DNA of 64,000 nucleotides from Squalus acanthias (lineage: Eukaryota), in the NCBI GenBank assembly GCA_030390025.1, contig CM059432.1, positions 116,500,001 through 116,564,000 of the forward strand, given 5' to 3'. A program made the translations under genes and the position numbers. The notes under the pieces are model-generated. The model searched no databases. It was given only the letters and a program-made list of their open reading frames with translations, and was not told the origin of the DNA. How positions within the stretch are numbered: position 1 is the first letter of the stretch; each line of letters opens with the position of its first letter. This document shows, piece by piece, positions 25,186 through 37,739 of this stretch.

Positions 25186-26311
25186 TTGGGGGCTGCACTG
25201 ATTCGGAGCATCGTCCTGCGCCTGCAGAATCGGAGGCATCAGAGACGCAGAGAGAGAGTGGCAATCATAGCCAGAGGGAGGATGGCCAACAGGCCTCTGT
25301 ACAGGAGACCTTACCCTCCCAGTGTATTCCGGGAACAATTCTCCTACATTCATTTGTCTGAGGAGCAGTGTTTGCGCAGGCTGCGCTTCAGCAAGGAGGT
25401 GGTCACTGAGCTCTGCCACCTGCTGCAACAAGATCTGCAGCCTCAACTGAGGACCAGGACGTCTCTGTTAGTGGCAGTGAAGGTGACAGTGGCTCTGAAT
25501 CTTTATGCCACCGGCTCCTTTCAAGCAGCTACTGGGGACATCGCCAATATCTCCCAGTTCGCGGTCCATTGCTGTATCCGGGAGGTGACAAATGCCCTCT
25601 ATAAAAGGAGACGCCAGTACATCTCTTTCCCGATGACACGGGCCAAACAGCATGAACGCGCATTGGGCTTTGCGAGGATAGCGGGCTTCCCCATGGTGCA
25701 GGGCGCCATTGACTGCACACATGTGGCATTACGGGCACCACATGAGAATGCAGAGGTTTTCCGAAACCGCAAGGGGTTCCACTCCTTAAACGTCCAGTTG
25801 ATCTGTGACCACAGACCACTGATACTTGCTGTCAATGCCCGCTATCCTGGCAGCAGCCGCGATGCTTTCATCCTGCGCCAGACTGGTGTGCCAGACCTTT
25901 TCCAGGCACCGCATCACCCAAGTGGTTGGCTCCTCGGGGACAAGGGTTATCCACTGGCTGATGACACCGCTCCGTAACCCCAACACCCCTGCCGAGCTGT
26001 GGTACAATGAGAGCCATATTGCCACCAGGAACATTATTGAGCAGACAATCGGCGTGCTCAAGCAACGGTTCCGCTGTCTGGACCACTCAGGAGGAGCCCT
26101 GCAGTACTCTCCTGAGCGAGTCTCCCTCTTCATAGTTGTTTGCTGCATTCTTCATAACCTGGCAATCCTCAGGACCCAGCCAATGCCACCAGGCATTGGT
26201 GCACCACCGGAGGAGGAGGATGATCAGCAGCAGCACCAAGGCGGGAGGGAGGCCCACAATGTTGAAACTGCAAGGGCCGTCCATCAACAGCTGATAACAA
26301 GCCGCTTCTAG
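25186..26311 (+). pseudogene. Copy B HARBI1-like transposase, start codon mutated, 8-nt deletion at ~25952
   Basis: Same motifs as A; GDKGYP then frameshift to WLMTP; ends ITSRF*. Confidence 0.92.
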
Positions 26312-26625
26312 GCCCCTAACTCAGAAGATGGCTTCTGGCATGGAGAACAACATGATGGAAAGCAACCCGCAACCGCTATAACCAGCCAAAGCTGCAATGA
26401 TTCCAAAGGCCAAACATGTACATTTTGAAAACAACAACTTTTTTATTTTACAAAATCTGTGTGTGTCATTTATTCATGACAAACTAATAGAAACAAACAC
26501 AACAAATCATAAATTAACATAACTGGTTCTTACAACCTGGAGATAATGGCCAAAACACTAAACAAAAAGTTGTCAGACGAACCTCGCCCTTTAATAAAGA
26601 CATTCCCAACATTTCTTCAGACCTC

Positions 26626-29044
26626 CTACTTTTTGCCCTTCGAGGGTGCTCTCCATCCCTTGCGCACTTCCCCCCTTCCCACCCTACTGCTCCTCCGTAA
26701 TGGGGCCCCAGTGGCTGCAGCAAGGCTGGTGGAAGGCTGCTGAATGTCAGATCCTGAGACTACAGATGCCCTTGAAGAACGCCCTCGACCAGCTCTGGGT
26801 CTGGAGGCCGCGACTGCAGACTGCACCAACTCTGCATATACATAGATAGATACATAGAAGATAGGAGCAGGAGTAGGCCATCCGGCCCTTCGAGCCTGCT
26901 CCGCCATTTAATGAGATCATGGCTGATCCTCCAATTCAGTATCCCGTCCCCGCCTTCTCTCCGTAACCCTTAACCCCTTTTGCCTGTAGAAATATATCCA
27001 ATTCCCTCTTAAATATATTTAATGAGCTGGCGTACACTGCCCTCTGTGGCAATGAGTTCCACAGGTTCACCACCCTCTGAGTGAAGAAATTCCCCCTCAT
27101 TTCTGTCCTAAATGGTTTAGCCCTTATCCTTAAATTATGTCCTCTAGTTCTGTTCTCACCCGCCAAGGGAAACATTCCTTCTGCATCTAGTCTGTCTAGA
27201 CCTGTCAGAATTTTATACACTTCTATGACGTCCCCTCTCAATCTTCTAAACTCCAGTGTGTACATCCCTAAACTACATAGTCTCTCCTCATAGGTCAATC
27301 CCGCCATTCCTGGTATCAGCCTGGTGAATCGCCGCTGCACCCCCTCCATGGCAAGAACATCTTTCCTCAGATGAGGCGACCAAAACTGTACACAGTACTC
27401 GAGGTGTGGTCTCACCAGTGCCCTGTACAGCTGCATGGGCGGCAGCAGTCTGGGCTACAGGCGGTGGCAAGTGCAATGGGGAAGTGACAGTGGTGGGAGC
27501 AGGAATGCTGTCATCCTGAGAGAGGACAGCACCTCCCTGCTCGACCGACACACTGGCACTCCCACAGGGCAGCACCTCAGCATGCGGAGCAATCTGCTGG
27601 AGCACAGATTGCTGGCCTGCTGCGGCACCATGAGAGTCCCGGGGTAATGTGGCCGAACTAGCGACGATGGCAGCAGTCAGTGCTTGCGTTGCCTCAATCT
27701 GAGACTGCATGAAAGCAGTCTGAGATTGGATTACAGCAGCCAGTGACTGAATTGCAGCACTAAGCAGTTGCGTTGCGTCCGCCTGTGCTGCAGCGTAGTG
27801 CTCCACACTCCTTGCCAGTCCATCAATGCTTTCGGGCACCCTTCCCATTGCACCCATGAGCTGAGTGTGCATGTTCACCGCCTGGGTGTTCATTTCTGTG
27901 ATGAGTTGCTCCTCCTCTGCGTCCAGTGCAGCAGGACTCGCTGGCCTGCTCTCCCTCCGGGGAGAAGGCCCCCGAGCTTCCCTACCCCCATCGCGTTGCT
28001 GCAGCCCGCTGGGTCCCGGAGCTTCACCCTCATCAGATCCTTCCCCCCTGCTCCCCTCCAGGGAAGACGTGGTCCCAGTGTGGGCATGGGCTCCCTCGGG
28101 AGATGCTGGCGCTGAGGCTCCGGTTACCTCTTCCTCTTCGCCTGTGGCGTCGCTCCCGCTGGCTGCTTGAGGGCCCGTCTCCTCAGCTGGTGAATCACCA
28201 TCTGAAAGCAGGGAGGTACAAGAGTGGCTTCAGCGTCAGGACAGGGGGTCAGTAAGGGAGCAAGGACTGGAGCGATTTAATAAGTTGGATTGAAAGTGTA
28301 AAAGGCTGGTGTTGTGAGGGACAAGTGGAATGAAAGAGGAGAGAAAGCTGATGACCTTACCATTGCTGTCCCGAACGGGGTCGACCTCTCCAGCGGCGAC
28401 GGGACCAATCACCTGGCTTGTGATGATCCTGTGAACGCGTGTCTCCAGATCGCTGAGGGTTTGCAGCTGAGGCTGCCCTCCACCCGTCCGTTGCTGCTGT
28501 CGCCTGGTTTGAGATAGCTTGGCCTGCAAGAAAAAGGATGGTGTCTGAGTAAATATGCAGCCATGTGCTTGCCTGATGTGCCTCCCATAGTTGAATAGCC
28601 CTTAATGTATGCAGCCATGTGCTGGCCTGATGTGCCTCCCAAAGTTGAATAGCCCTTAATGTATGCAAGGTGTGGAATGTGCGTGTGTGTTTTATGAGAT
28701 GGCCATAGGTCTTGGATGAGTGTTGGGCATTGGGGTTTTTACACCCTCTGGCCATAGAGTGAGGTTGAGATGGAGGGATGGAGAGGTATTGAAAAGCAGC
28801 CACTCACCCGGACGATCCGAGTGAGGACGTTGAACTTTTTGCGACATTGCGTATGGGTCCTGGGCACCATGCTCCTGGAGGAGACGTGATGAGCCACCTC
28901 CCTCCACACTCTTCCGTAGTCGCGTGGCAAAGGCCTCCTGCCACTCTCTGGGTACAGTATTGCTCTTCGGCGCTCCACTGCACCAACCAGAGCCACCAAG
29001 GCCCGGTCGCTGAAGCGCTGAGCTCGTTCCCTCACCCTCTCCAT
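26626..29044 (-). pseudogene. Copy B Myb partner gene, exons 28808-29044, 28361-28523, 26626-28201; exon 3 split by a CR1 insertion
   Basis: Exon lengths 237 and 163 as in A; frame open until the CR1 at 26838-27430; two 54-bp units in intron 1 (28556-28663). Confidence 0.9.
26838..27430 (-). mobile_element. CR1 3' fragment inserted in copy B
   Basis: QLYRALVRPHLEYCVQFW..GTGY*; flanked by CTGCAT direct repeats (26832-26837, 27431-27436). Confidence 0.93.
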
Positions 29045-29609
29045 AGTCCTTTGCTGCAGAATTGATGCACAGGTCTGTCCAGGCCGAGATTCAAGGCTGC
29101 AATGAGCAGGGTGTGGCTGGAGAGCAAGATCGACCCTCCCCTTTAAGAACTGGCCAGCGCCAGTATGTCTGTGTTCCATTGCTAACTGACATCACCTGAG
29201 CTTCGCCCGCGCTCTGAGTTAGTGCCTCGCTCCTTGGCCTTTGCGCCTTAAGACAGGTGTGTAGCGCCTGATTTAGCGCTCCAATCACCTCCAGGGGCAA
29301 TAGAAGCCAAGTTTGCAGTTGCGCCCGGCCGATAATTGCGCCCCAAACGGGGCGATACCGAATTTTTCCCCCCACGGATCTTGGTACAGTAGTGACTCTG
29401 AACATCAGTGTAAAGGAGCCTGAAAATGTCCCAGCTGTACGCTGCATCACTTTAGTGCCTGCAGGAACAGCCTGGCCCTGGAAACTTTCTGGCACCTTCG
29501 CAGTCAGTGGATAGTGGTAGCAAAAGAGTACAAATGTGTTGTTTTGCAAAGAGACAGCAACATCAGCCATGACTATTCCATGTTTGCGCCTGCTACTGAG
29601 CTTTGCATC

Positions 29610-30005
29610 AACACACCCAGTGATCTACACTAGCTCCCAGTCCAGCAACTCCTCGAATTTGAATTTCTCATCCTTGTGTTCAAATCCCTCCATGACTCCA
29701 CTCCTCCCTATCTCTGTAACCTCCTCTCTCTGTGAACTCTTTGTTCCTCCAATTCTGGCCCCTTGTGCATCCCAGAGTTCCTTCAGCCCACCATTGGCAA
29801 CCATGCCTTCAGTTGTCTCGGCCCTAAGTCCTCCCAAAACTTCTCCACCTGTCTCCTCATTTAAGACACTCCTTAAGACCTACCCCTTTGACCAACACCT
29901 GTCCTAATATCTCTTTATGTGGCTCGGTGTCAAATTTTGTCTGATAACGCTCCTCTGAACATTTTACTACGTTCAAGGTGCTACATAAATGCAAGTTGTT
30001 GTTGA
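29610..30005 (+). mobile_element. L2 LINE 3' fragment
   Basis: Reverse-complement match to L2 at 45900-46350; tail AATGCAAGTTGTTGTTG. Confidence 0.8.
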
Positions 30006-31189
30006 TATGCACGACAGCAGGCCCAATGAGACCTTTGGGACTCCTAAAGCTGCTATCAGTAGCAATTAGTAAGTCTGTCCAAGGAGGAGACATGGAACCC
30101 AAGGCCTGTATGGCAGCAGTACGAGCATTCGTCAAAGATACTGAGACTGGTGTCATGGGACACTCCATTACAGGTGGCTCTGGATTGGTCACACGCTCCA
30201 TGTTGGACTGCAGTTTTAATCTGTGCATCAGCAGACTACATATGCAGGTTGTGGACTCCCCTACATTAACCTCCCACCTGTACTGAAAGCTTCGAGGCAC
30301 ACTTTCCAATGAATGTAGCAATCTCTCATGCTCAGGAATCATCCTTCTTTTAAAATCAGGCCCCTACTATCCTTGTTCTCATCAGCATTGAATGGATGTG
30401 ACTTGGCCTCCAAACAGAAGGTTCCTGTTCCTCCTGTGTCACCACTACCTGCTCCAAATCACTCATGCTTAAGTGTATAACCCAGTTTATTCACCACAAA
30501 GTCACTGCCAAAATCCTGCAGTGTGGATATTCCCAAACTGATGCTTTGGGGGGTTAGAATGATTGAGGATGCCTATTTGGAGGTCCTTGCCTCCACCAAC
30601 TCCCTGGTCAACGGCTTCACTCCATGCGACATACCTATAGGAACATAAGAACAAGGGTTACAATGTTGCCTTGGGACAATGTAGTTGTATGTTGCTTTCC
30701 ACATAATGACCGACAAGGAACTGTTTTTCAAAAGCTGCTTTGGTTTCAGCATGTGAATGAATAGGATAAGAAAGGGAGGGCATGAAAAGCTGGCCACAAA
30801 CCAAAGCTGGGACCTTTTAATAAAAAGAAAAATCTCAGGATATGGACAATTCTGGCAAAGCCATATTTATTTCAAAATTACACTCTGGCAATTGAATGGC
30901 CTACTAGGCTACTTCAGAGGATATCAATAGTCAACCACGTAGTATGATCTAGGTTCATGTTTAGGTAATTAATTAACCAGTTTGGTATTTAAGAAAAGAA
31001 ACACTGCTCTTTTTTCTGGTGACAGTCCACAAATTGCCAGATTTTTGCATTCAGTTTCATAACTTGCTATGGTAGGATATAAACTCACAACCTCTGGGTT
31101 GCTACTCCAGTACCATAGTCACTACACTACGGTACCTGGCCTTCTGCTTCCTTTTCCCCTGCTTCCTCCATATTCTCAATTTCTTGGGC

Positions 31190-31380
31190 TGTGAATGCTG
31201 AGTCTTTGAGTATATTCAAGGCGGAGATAGATAGATTTTTGGACTCTAGGGGAATCAAGGGATATGGAGATCGGGCGGGAAAGTGGAGTTGAGGTCAATG
31301 ATCAGCCATGATCTTATTGAAAGGCGGAGCAGGCTCGAGGGACCGTATGGCCTACTCCTGCTCTTACTTCTTATGTTCTT
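31190..31380 (+). mobile_element. CR1 3' tail
   Basis: GATCAGCCATGATC..GGCCTACTCCTGCTC tail. Confidence 0.85.
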
Positions 31381-32021
31381 ATTTCATATGCTGGAAGAGG
31401 ATTGGGGTTGGGGACCTTCCTCCTCTGCAGCTTCACTCTCTTGTTATGTGCAGTCCTCCGCAAAGAGAAGGGTTTAATAACTAGCAAGAAGGTGTACAGG
31501 AACACCCGTGCATCAGTCTGCTGGTGGACCTGATTACAGAACAAGCACCGTGCAGATACAGAAGATGGAACGATCTAGCAGGAGGAACAGCAATTCAGGA
31601 TGTAAGGAAAGGAGCTTTTAGCAAGAAAGGAGGTGCAGTGAAGTCTTATCTGGTGCATTTTGGGCAATCATTGGAAGCTTTCAAGATAGTGCAAGATAGT
31701 AATGAGAGGGTCATAACATTCATATTTAATCCATTATATTAATGCAAGGCACCATTAGGGCACCCACCTTGGCACACCTGCTGAGATCATTACATTTTTT
31801 GCAGCACTGCAGTCACTGCTGTTTGTATTTACATGGCTCGGCATCTTCTACCAGGTATCCTGACCTACTTGGCGTGACATACAACAACCATCGGCGGGAA
31901 AGAGAATCTCCCTCTTCATCCATGCTTGTTTTAATAACATTTCTACAGCCGTATTAGGAAACTGGAGTGCACTACTGCTCCCATGACTGCTGGTTGACAT
32001 GACTGTAGGGTGACAATCATT

Positions 32022-33055
32022 CATAGCACAAAGGAAGATGGTTGTGGTGGATGGAGGTCAATTATCACAGCCCCAGGACATCGCTGCAGGAGTTCCTCAG
32101 GGCAGTGTCCTAGGCCCAACCATCTTCAGCTGCGTCATCAATGACCTTCCCTCCATCATAAGGTCAGAAGTGGGGATGTTCGCTGATGACTGCACAGTGT
32201 TCAGTGCCATTCGCAACTCCTCAGATAATGAAGCAGTCCATGCCTGCATGCAGCAAGACCTGGACGATAAGTGGCAGGTAACATTCGCGCCACACAAGTG
32301 CTAGGCAATGACTATCTCCAAAAAGGAACTGTCTAACCACCGCCCCTTGACATTCAATGGCATTACCATCGCCGAATCCCCCACCATCAATATCCTGGGG
32401 GTCACCATTGACCAGAAACTTAACTGGACCAGCCACATAAATACTGTGGCAACAAGAGCTGGTCAAAGGCTGGGTATTCTGCGGCGAGTGTCTCACCTCC
32501 TGACTCCCCAAAGTCTTTCCACCATCTACAAGGCACAAGTCAGGAGTGTGATGGAATACTCTCCACTTGCCTGGATGAGTACCGCTCCAACAACAGTCAA
32601 GAAGCTCGACACCTTCCAAGACAAAGCAGCCTGCTTGATCTACCACCTTAAACATTCACTCCATCCACCACCGGCGTACCATGACTGCAGTGTGTACCAT
32701 CTACAAGATGCACTGCAGCATCTCGCCAAGGCTTCTTTGGCAGCACCTCCCAAACCCGCAACCTCTACCATCTAGAAGGACAAGGGCAGCAGGCGCATGG
32801 GAACACCACCACCTCCAATTTCCCCTCCAAGTCACACACCATCCTGACTTGGAAGTATTTTGTCGTTCCTTCATCGTCGCTGGGTCAAAATCCTGGAACT
32901 CCCTCCCTAACAGCACTGTGGGAGCACCTTCACCACAAGGACTGCAACGGTTCAAGGCGGCGGCTCACCACCACCTTCTCAAGGGCAATTAGGGATTGGC
33001 AATAAATTCTGGCCTTCCCAGCGACGCCCACATCCCATGAACGAATAAAAAAAAA
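32022..33055 (+). mobile_element. CR1/Jockey-group LINE 3' part, same family as 5920-7530
   Basis: [15 protein letters not shown]; tail GGGCAATTAGGGATTGGCAATAAAT..CCCATGAACGAAT(A)n. Confidence 0.9.
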
Positions 33056-33636
33056 TCTTATTCAGCTTTACCCACTCCTGCAACAGTGCCCCTTTAAACT
33101 GCTGCAAGCCTTTAAGACCTGCAACTTGCCCACAATGAGCAATTTGCCAATCAGAAGTATGTTCCCGCCTATTGCTTGCCCACAATATGTTAAATCAGGC
33201 AGAACGCAGAAACTCGGGCGGGTTCAGCATTCATCAACTCAGGCAAGTGTTCATCTTGGTACACCTGCCTCCTGCTCCTGCCACCCATGAGACTAAATTC
33301 AGTCCCACTGCCTTTAAGGAGAGAAACAGAAAAAAATACTCTCTTCACAACAACTTGCATTTATATAGCGCACTTAACGTAGAAAAATGTCCCAAGGCGC
33401 TTCACAGAAGCATAAAAACTAATAACTAATATTCTATTTTCAATGCATTTACTTTACTGTTAACTTAAATTTTCCTGCTGGTTTCAGTTGACAAATATAC
33501 AGCTTTACAGGTCATCATTTTCATTTACATTTTAACCCATTTTATATAATTGCTGCAGATCTTTTCCATTAAATGCACATTAAATGCAGTCATCTCAATC
33601 CATCAATGGTAATCTCATATTAAAATTCATACTCAC

Positions 33637-33709
33637 TGGCATTACCACTATAATTTCTTTATATTCTCCTGGAGAAGCAAGAACTTCTGGATAAAGAAAC
33701 ACCAGTTCC
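33637..33709 (-). CDS. C18orf63: C18orf63 homologue coding exon 2
   Basis: ttcttacAG|...|GTGAGT; 73 nt, phase 2->0; (R)ELVFLYPEVLASPGEYKEIIVVMP. Confidence 0.88.
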
Positions 33710-34418
33710 CTGTAAGAATAAAAAGGGGCTTACTTCCTTGGGTATCTTGTCACTGTTTATGAGAAAATGGCAATTTAAAAAGAATGTGCAATATTTATCC
33801 AATTAGGTCTATATAAGCAGCATTCTTAAATTTCACAACCCTACAGTTCAATTATACTAGTAAAAGGCCACAGGAGACTACGGCCGGAATTTTCCCAGTG
33901 CTGTGCGTGTGGGTTTGGAGACGGGTCGGCAGTAAAAATCGCAAAAAAAGGGAGTGCCTCGGGAACACGCCGTCATCCCGCCTCCTCGCACCTTTAACTC
34001 GGGCACGTTTGCCAGCAAGGCACGGACCCGAACAGCAGCGGCGGGCGACCTAATTAAGCTCATTAAAACCTTGTTGTCAGACCCTTAAGTGTTTTTAACC
34101 AGACCTTTTGAATTTCACTGGATGACCACGGGAATCACACAGCCTGGGAACCTCATCTATCAACCTGAGGCGGAAGCCATTGCGAGGTCATTAATGCAGA
34201 GCATGGAAATCCAAATAAATACTCCCACATGACACCTCAATACTTGCCTAAGGGAAAGATACTTGCTGACACCATTTTGAGCACAGATTTAGGTGTCGAT
34301 AGTTTGCAAGTCTTTTCTGCAACCTCGGAAGCCACTCTCACGTCATTGCTACTAACCATCACAGCATTGACAGATTGCTTATCTGATCTCTACTTGACAT
34401 GCCATCTATTACATCAGC

Positions 34419-35577
34419 ATGGGTGCCGCTTATACTGTCTCACCTTGGTCCTCAGAATGAGACCAGGATGAGCCCCAACACCAGCAGCAGCAACAACAAC
34501 AGCAGCAGCCTTCTCAACGGCCTGATGCTCCACAGGACAGAAGGCATCAGCGCAGGGCTGCGCCACGCCGGAGCAATACCCCCAACTCAGGGCATACAGG
34601 CAGAGGATGAGGTTCCTCAACATGTCTGAGCAGCAGTGCCAAAGGAGGCTCAGGCTATCGAGTCAGGTCGTCATAGATATTTGCAGATTGCTGGAGGAAG
34701 ACCTGCAGCCCAGAGGAGCAGGTGGACATGCCTTACCAGTGGCTGTCAAAGTCACCAGCACCCTCAACTTCTTCACCTCAGGCTCCTTCCAGGGATCTGC
34801 AGCAGACATTTGCGGTATCTCGCAGTTGGCCGCCCACAGATGCATCACACAGGTCACCAATGCTATGTTTGACAAATCAGCCAATTATGTCAACTTTACC
34901 ACTGATGAAACCAGTGTTATGGAGCGGGCGCTCGGCTTTGCACTCTGGCTGGCTTCCCATGGGTGCAGGACATCATCGACTGCACACATGTGACCATCAA
35001 GGCACCCCATCATCACCCAGGAGTGTTTGTGAATCGCAAGGGCTTTCGCTCCCTCAATGTGCAGCTCATCTGCAACCATAGAAAGATCATCATGCATGCG
35101 TGCGCCAAATTCCCTGGCAGCTGTCATGACTCTTATGTCCTGCGCCAGGCCACCCTCCCTCAGCTCTTCGCACTGCCAAATGTGGCTCATGACACCCTTG
35201 AGGAGGCCAAGTACTGAGGCTGAGGCATGCTATAATGAAAGCCACATGTCCACCAGATGTGTCATAGAGCAACATTAGGCATGCTGAAGATGCGCTTCAG
35301 ATGCCTTGACAGATCTGGAGGAGCCCTTCAGTACGCACCAGCCAGGGTCTCCAGAATCATCATCGTCTGCTGCGCGCTGCACAACATAGCGCAGCAACGA
35401 GGATTAGCGCTGCATGAGGAGCAAGGCGCAGAGCGCACAGCCTCTTCAAAGGAGGAGCATCAGCTGGAAGACAAGGAGAAGGAGCAGGAGGAACCTGAGG
35501 TCCAGATACCAGCAGCACCCGAGCACATTGCTGCCCAGGAGGCCAGGGATGGCCTCATCATGGCCAGATTTACTTAA
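34419..35577 (+). pseudogene. Copy C transposase, frameshifted, GDKGY motif deleted
   Basis: [40 protein letters not shown]. Confidence 0.9.
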
Positions 35578-35861
35578 CTTACTGCATTACACCCATATGG
35601 CTGCCACATGCTGTGCCAGGTTTCCCCCCCAAAAAACACCATAAAGCATTGCTACAATGACCAAGCCATTCCTTTCACACTGACCCCCATTGCTGGAGGT
35701 AACGTTACGTCTCACCATTCACTCCAACTCACTAAGCCACTTCCAAAGTAGCATACAAAATGGGCATGACCGGAAAGTGGTGAAAATAAATATAACAGTA
35801 ACGGAACCTTAACAATAACACTTCTTTAAACACTCATGTGCTTACATCTACTTCTGTGTCA

Positions 35862-37590
35862 TTATTCGTTTATGCGTGCTTCACCGAGGTGTAACTTCTG
35901 TGGCTTCAGCAGAGTAGAGGCAGCCTGCTCACTTCCCTGCTGTGACTGCATAGACACTTTTGGCGGACGTCCTTTGGGTCTTGCAGCCTGTGATGGCCCC
36001 TCCAAAGTCTGCTGCTCCTGCGGCTGTGCAGTGGCAGACTCAGCCAACGCGTTCCGAGGAGGCATCTGGGGCTCTGACTGGGGGGGGGGGGGGGTGGGCA
36101 ACAGGGGAGAAGTGTGAGTGCTTTGAGAGGAGCCCCCACTTCCACGTCCCCTCTCACCATCATCCCTCTCATGGGCCACTCGCACTTCCCGGCTAGCACG
36201 GAGCTGGAGAGCACCTTGCTGCACAGTAGTGGAGCCATGAGGACCCAAGTCAACATTTACATCCCTCCTAGAGAGGAGGTCTATGAGCCTCTGCCATCTG
36301 TTGTCCATAGATAGCATCTGCTCATGTGAGAGGCGCATTAGCTGCTCCATGCAGGTAGCCATCCTTTCCATGGAAGAGCATACTGTCCCCATTGCCTGCA
36401 ACATGGTGGTGTTCATGATGGCGATGGACTCCTCCATTCTCTGCTCATTTGCAGCCAACACGGCTGCAAAACCTGTCAGAGCTTCGTGCATTTCTTCCTG
36501 CACCTCCAGGATCACCCTCTTTCTCGATGGCCCCCCGAGGCTCAGTGTCTGCATGCAGCTGAGCAGAGCTGGGAGCATCCTGCGCCCTCTGGCGATGAGT
36601 CTCCACTGCCACCCCTGTCTCCACCATCTGCTCTTGCTCACTTGTCACTTGTCACAGGTGACAACACTACTCTATCTCGCGTAGGACCCACCGAGGTGTG
36701 CGTATCTGCGCTGGTGCTGGCTGCACTTAGGTCTGGTGACGGTGCGCCCTCAGAGGCTGGAGGCTCTTCTGAGGAGTCATCTTCCTCTTCCTCCTGGACA
36801 GTGGGTTGGGGGGTGCTCTTGATGGACCTGTGGGAGAGTAAAGAGATGATTTAGAAATGCTATTTTATGAATGGGTAAAGATACCATGATGCACATGATG
36901 ACCATTCACTGGCTGCTGACATCAGTCCCCAAACAAGTAACTGCTGTATGCCATGTGGCTGTATCAGATGTAATTCCGTCACCAGGTTGCTTAGAGGTCC
37001 CCCTCTCGCCGTCTCCCACCGCCAGCAGCTCCACAACTCTTGACACCTCCAGGGCAACCTCCTCTGCTGCAGTCAAAGTGGTGAAGGATGGAGGGCCACC
37101 TCCGGTTCTCTCCCTCTCCCTGTTGGTGTGCGCTTGTTTCTCCTGCAAGGAGGGGAAGAAGAGAAGTTTGAGTAAGAGTGATGGCATGAGTGTAAGGAAT
37201 ATGTGACTATGAGGGAGTGTGGTGCCAATGCCAAATGGCTTCCTTGTGTGGTGTTACTTGGTATGATTGCATTAGGGTGAGTGTGAGGGGTGGATAGTCA
37301 GAGGGGAATGTGAGTACATACATAGAGAGGGATGGGTAGACGTGCAAGGTATGTTGGTATGAAGAATGATGAGCAGGAGGGAGGTTTGGGAAGGCAGAGT
37401 GATGGGGATGTGGTGACAGGCACAGCAGGATGAAGCTGAGTGTGGCTTTGCACTCACCTTTCCTGATCTCATGAGATCATTGATGCGCTTCCGGCACTGC
37501 ACCAAGGTCCGCCTTACCACATCCCTGCTATTCACCCCCTTTGCAATTTGGAACCAGGCTCTTTTTGTCTCATGGGAAGGTCTCTTCTGC
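35862..37590 (-). pseudogene. Copy C Myb partner gene (partial exon 1 to 37458, exon 2 36983-37142, exon 3 from 36827)
   Basis: TLVQCRKRINDLMRSGK|GT; EKQAHTNRERERTGGGPP; 160-nt exon 2; frameshifts in exon 3. Confidence 0.88.
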
Positions 37591-37739
37591 CCAAGAATAT
37601 GTGAGAGTCATCTGAAAACCTGGGTGCAGCCCTCTGTCTTTGTGAAGCCATGTTTTCAAGTCTGAGCAATAAGCAGATCGGGCAATATCCTCCCTACACA
37701 CTCCTAGATAAACTTTAATTTTTTAAGTTTCTTCAGGCT

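Larger units (their letters stand above)
24723..29373. mobile_element. PIF/Harbinger copy B, same subfamily as A, opposite orientation
   Basis: Ends GGGGG(G)AAAAAT / AATTTTTCCCCC(C); near-matching 3-bp flanks (CAT/CAC or ATG/ACG); high similarity to A. Confidence 0.93.
24640..31925 (-). pseudogene. Highly decayed older Harbinger Myb gene, fragmented by later insertions
   Basis: Exon 1 remnant ~31768-31925 (ILFPADG..W..CKKCNDLSRCAK|GT). Exon 3 pieces: ~30010-30600 (SNMERV..AIQAL), 29374-29600 (GQAVPAGTKVMQRTAG), 24640-24720 (QQLASCHAPATREVCRRGTR). Confidence 0.55.
33882..37590. mobile_element. PIF/Harbinger copy C, right end lost
   Basis: Left TIR GGCCGGAATTTTCCC; convergent transposase and Myb pseudogenes. 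Confidence 0.88.
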
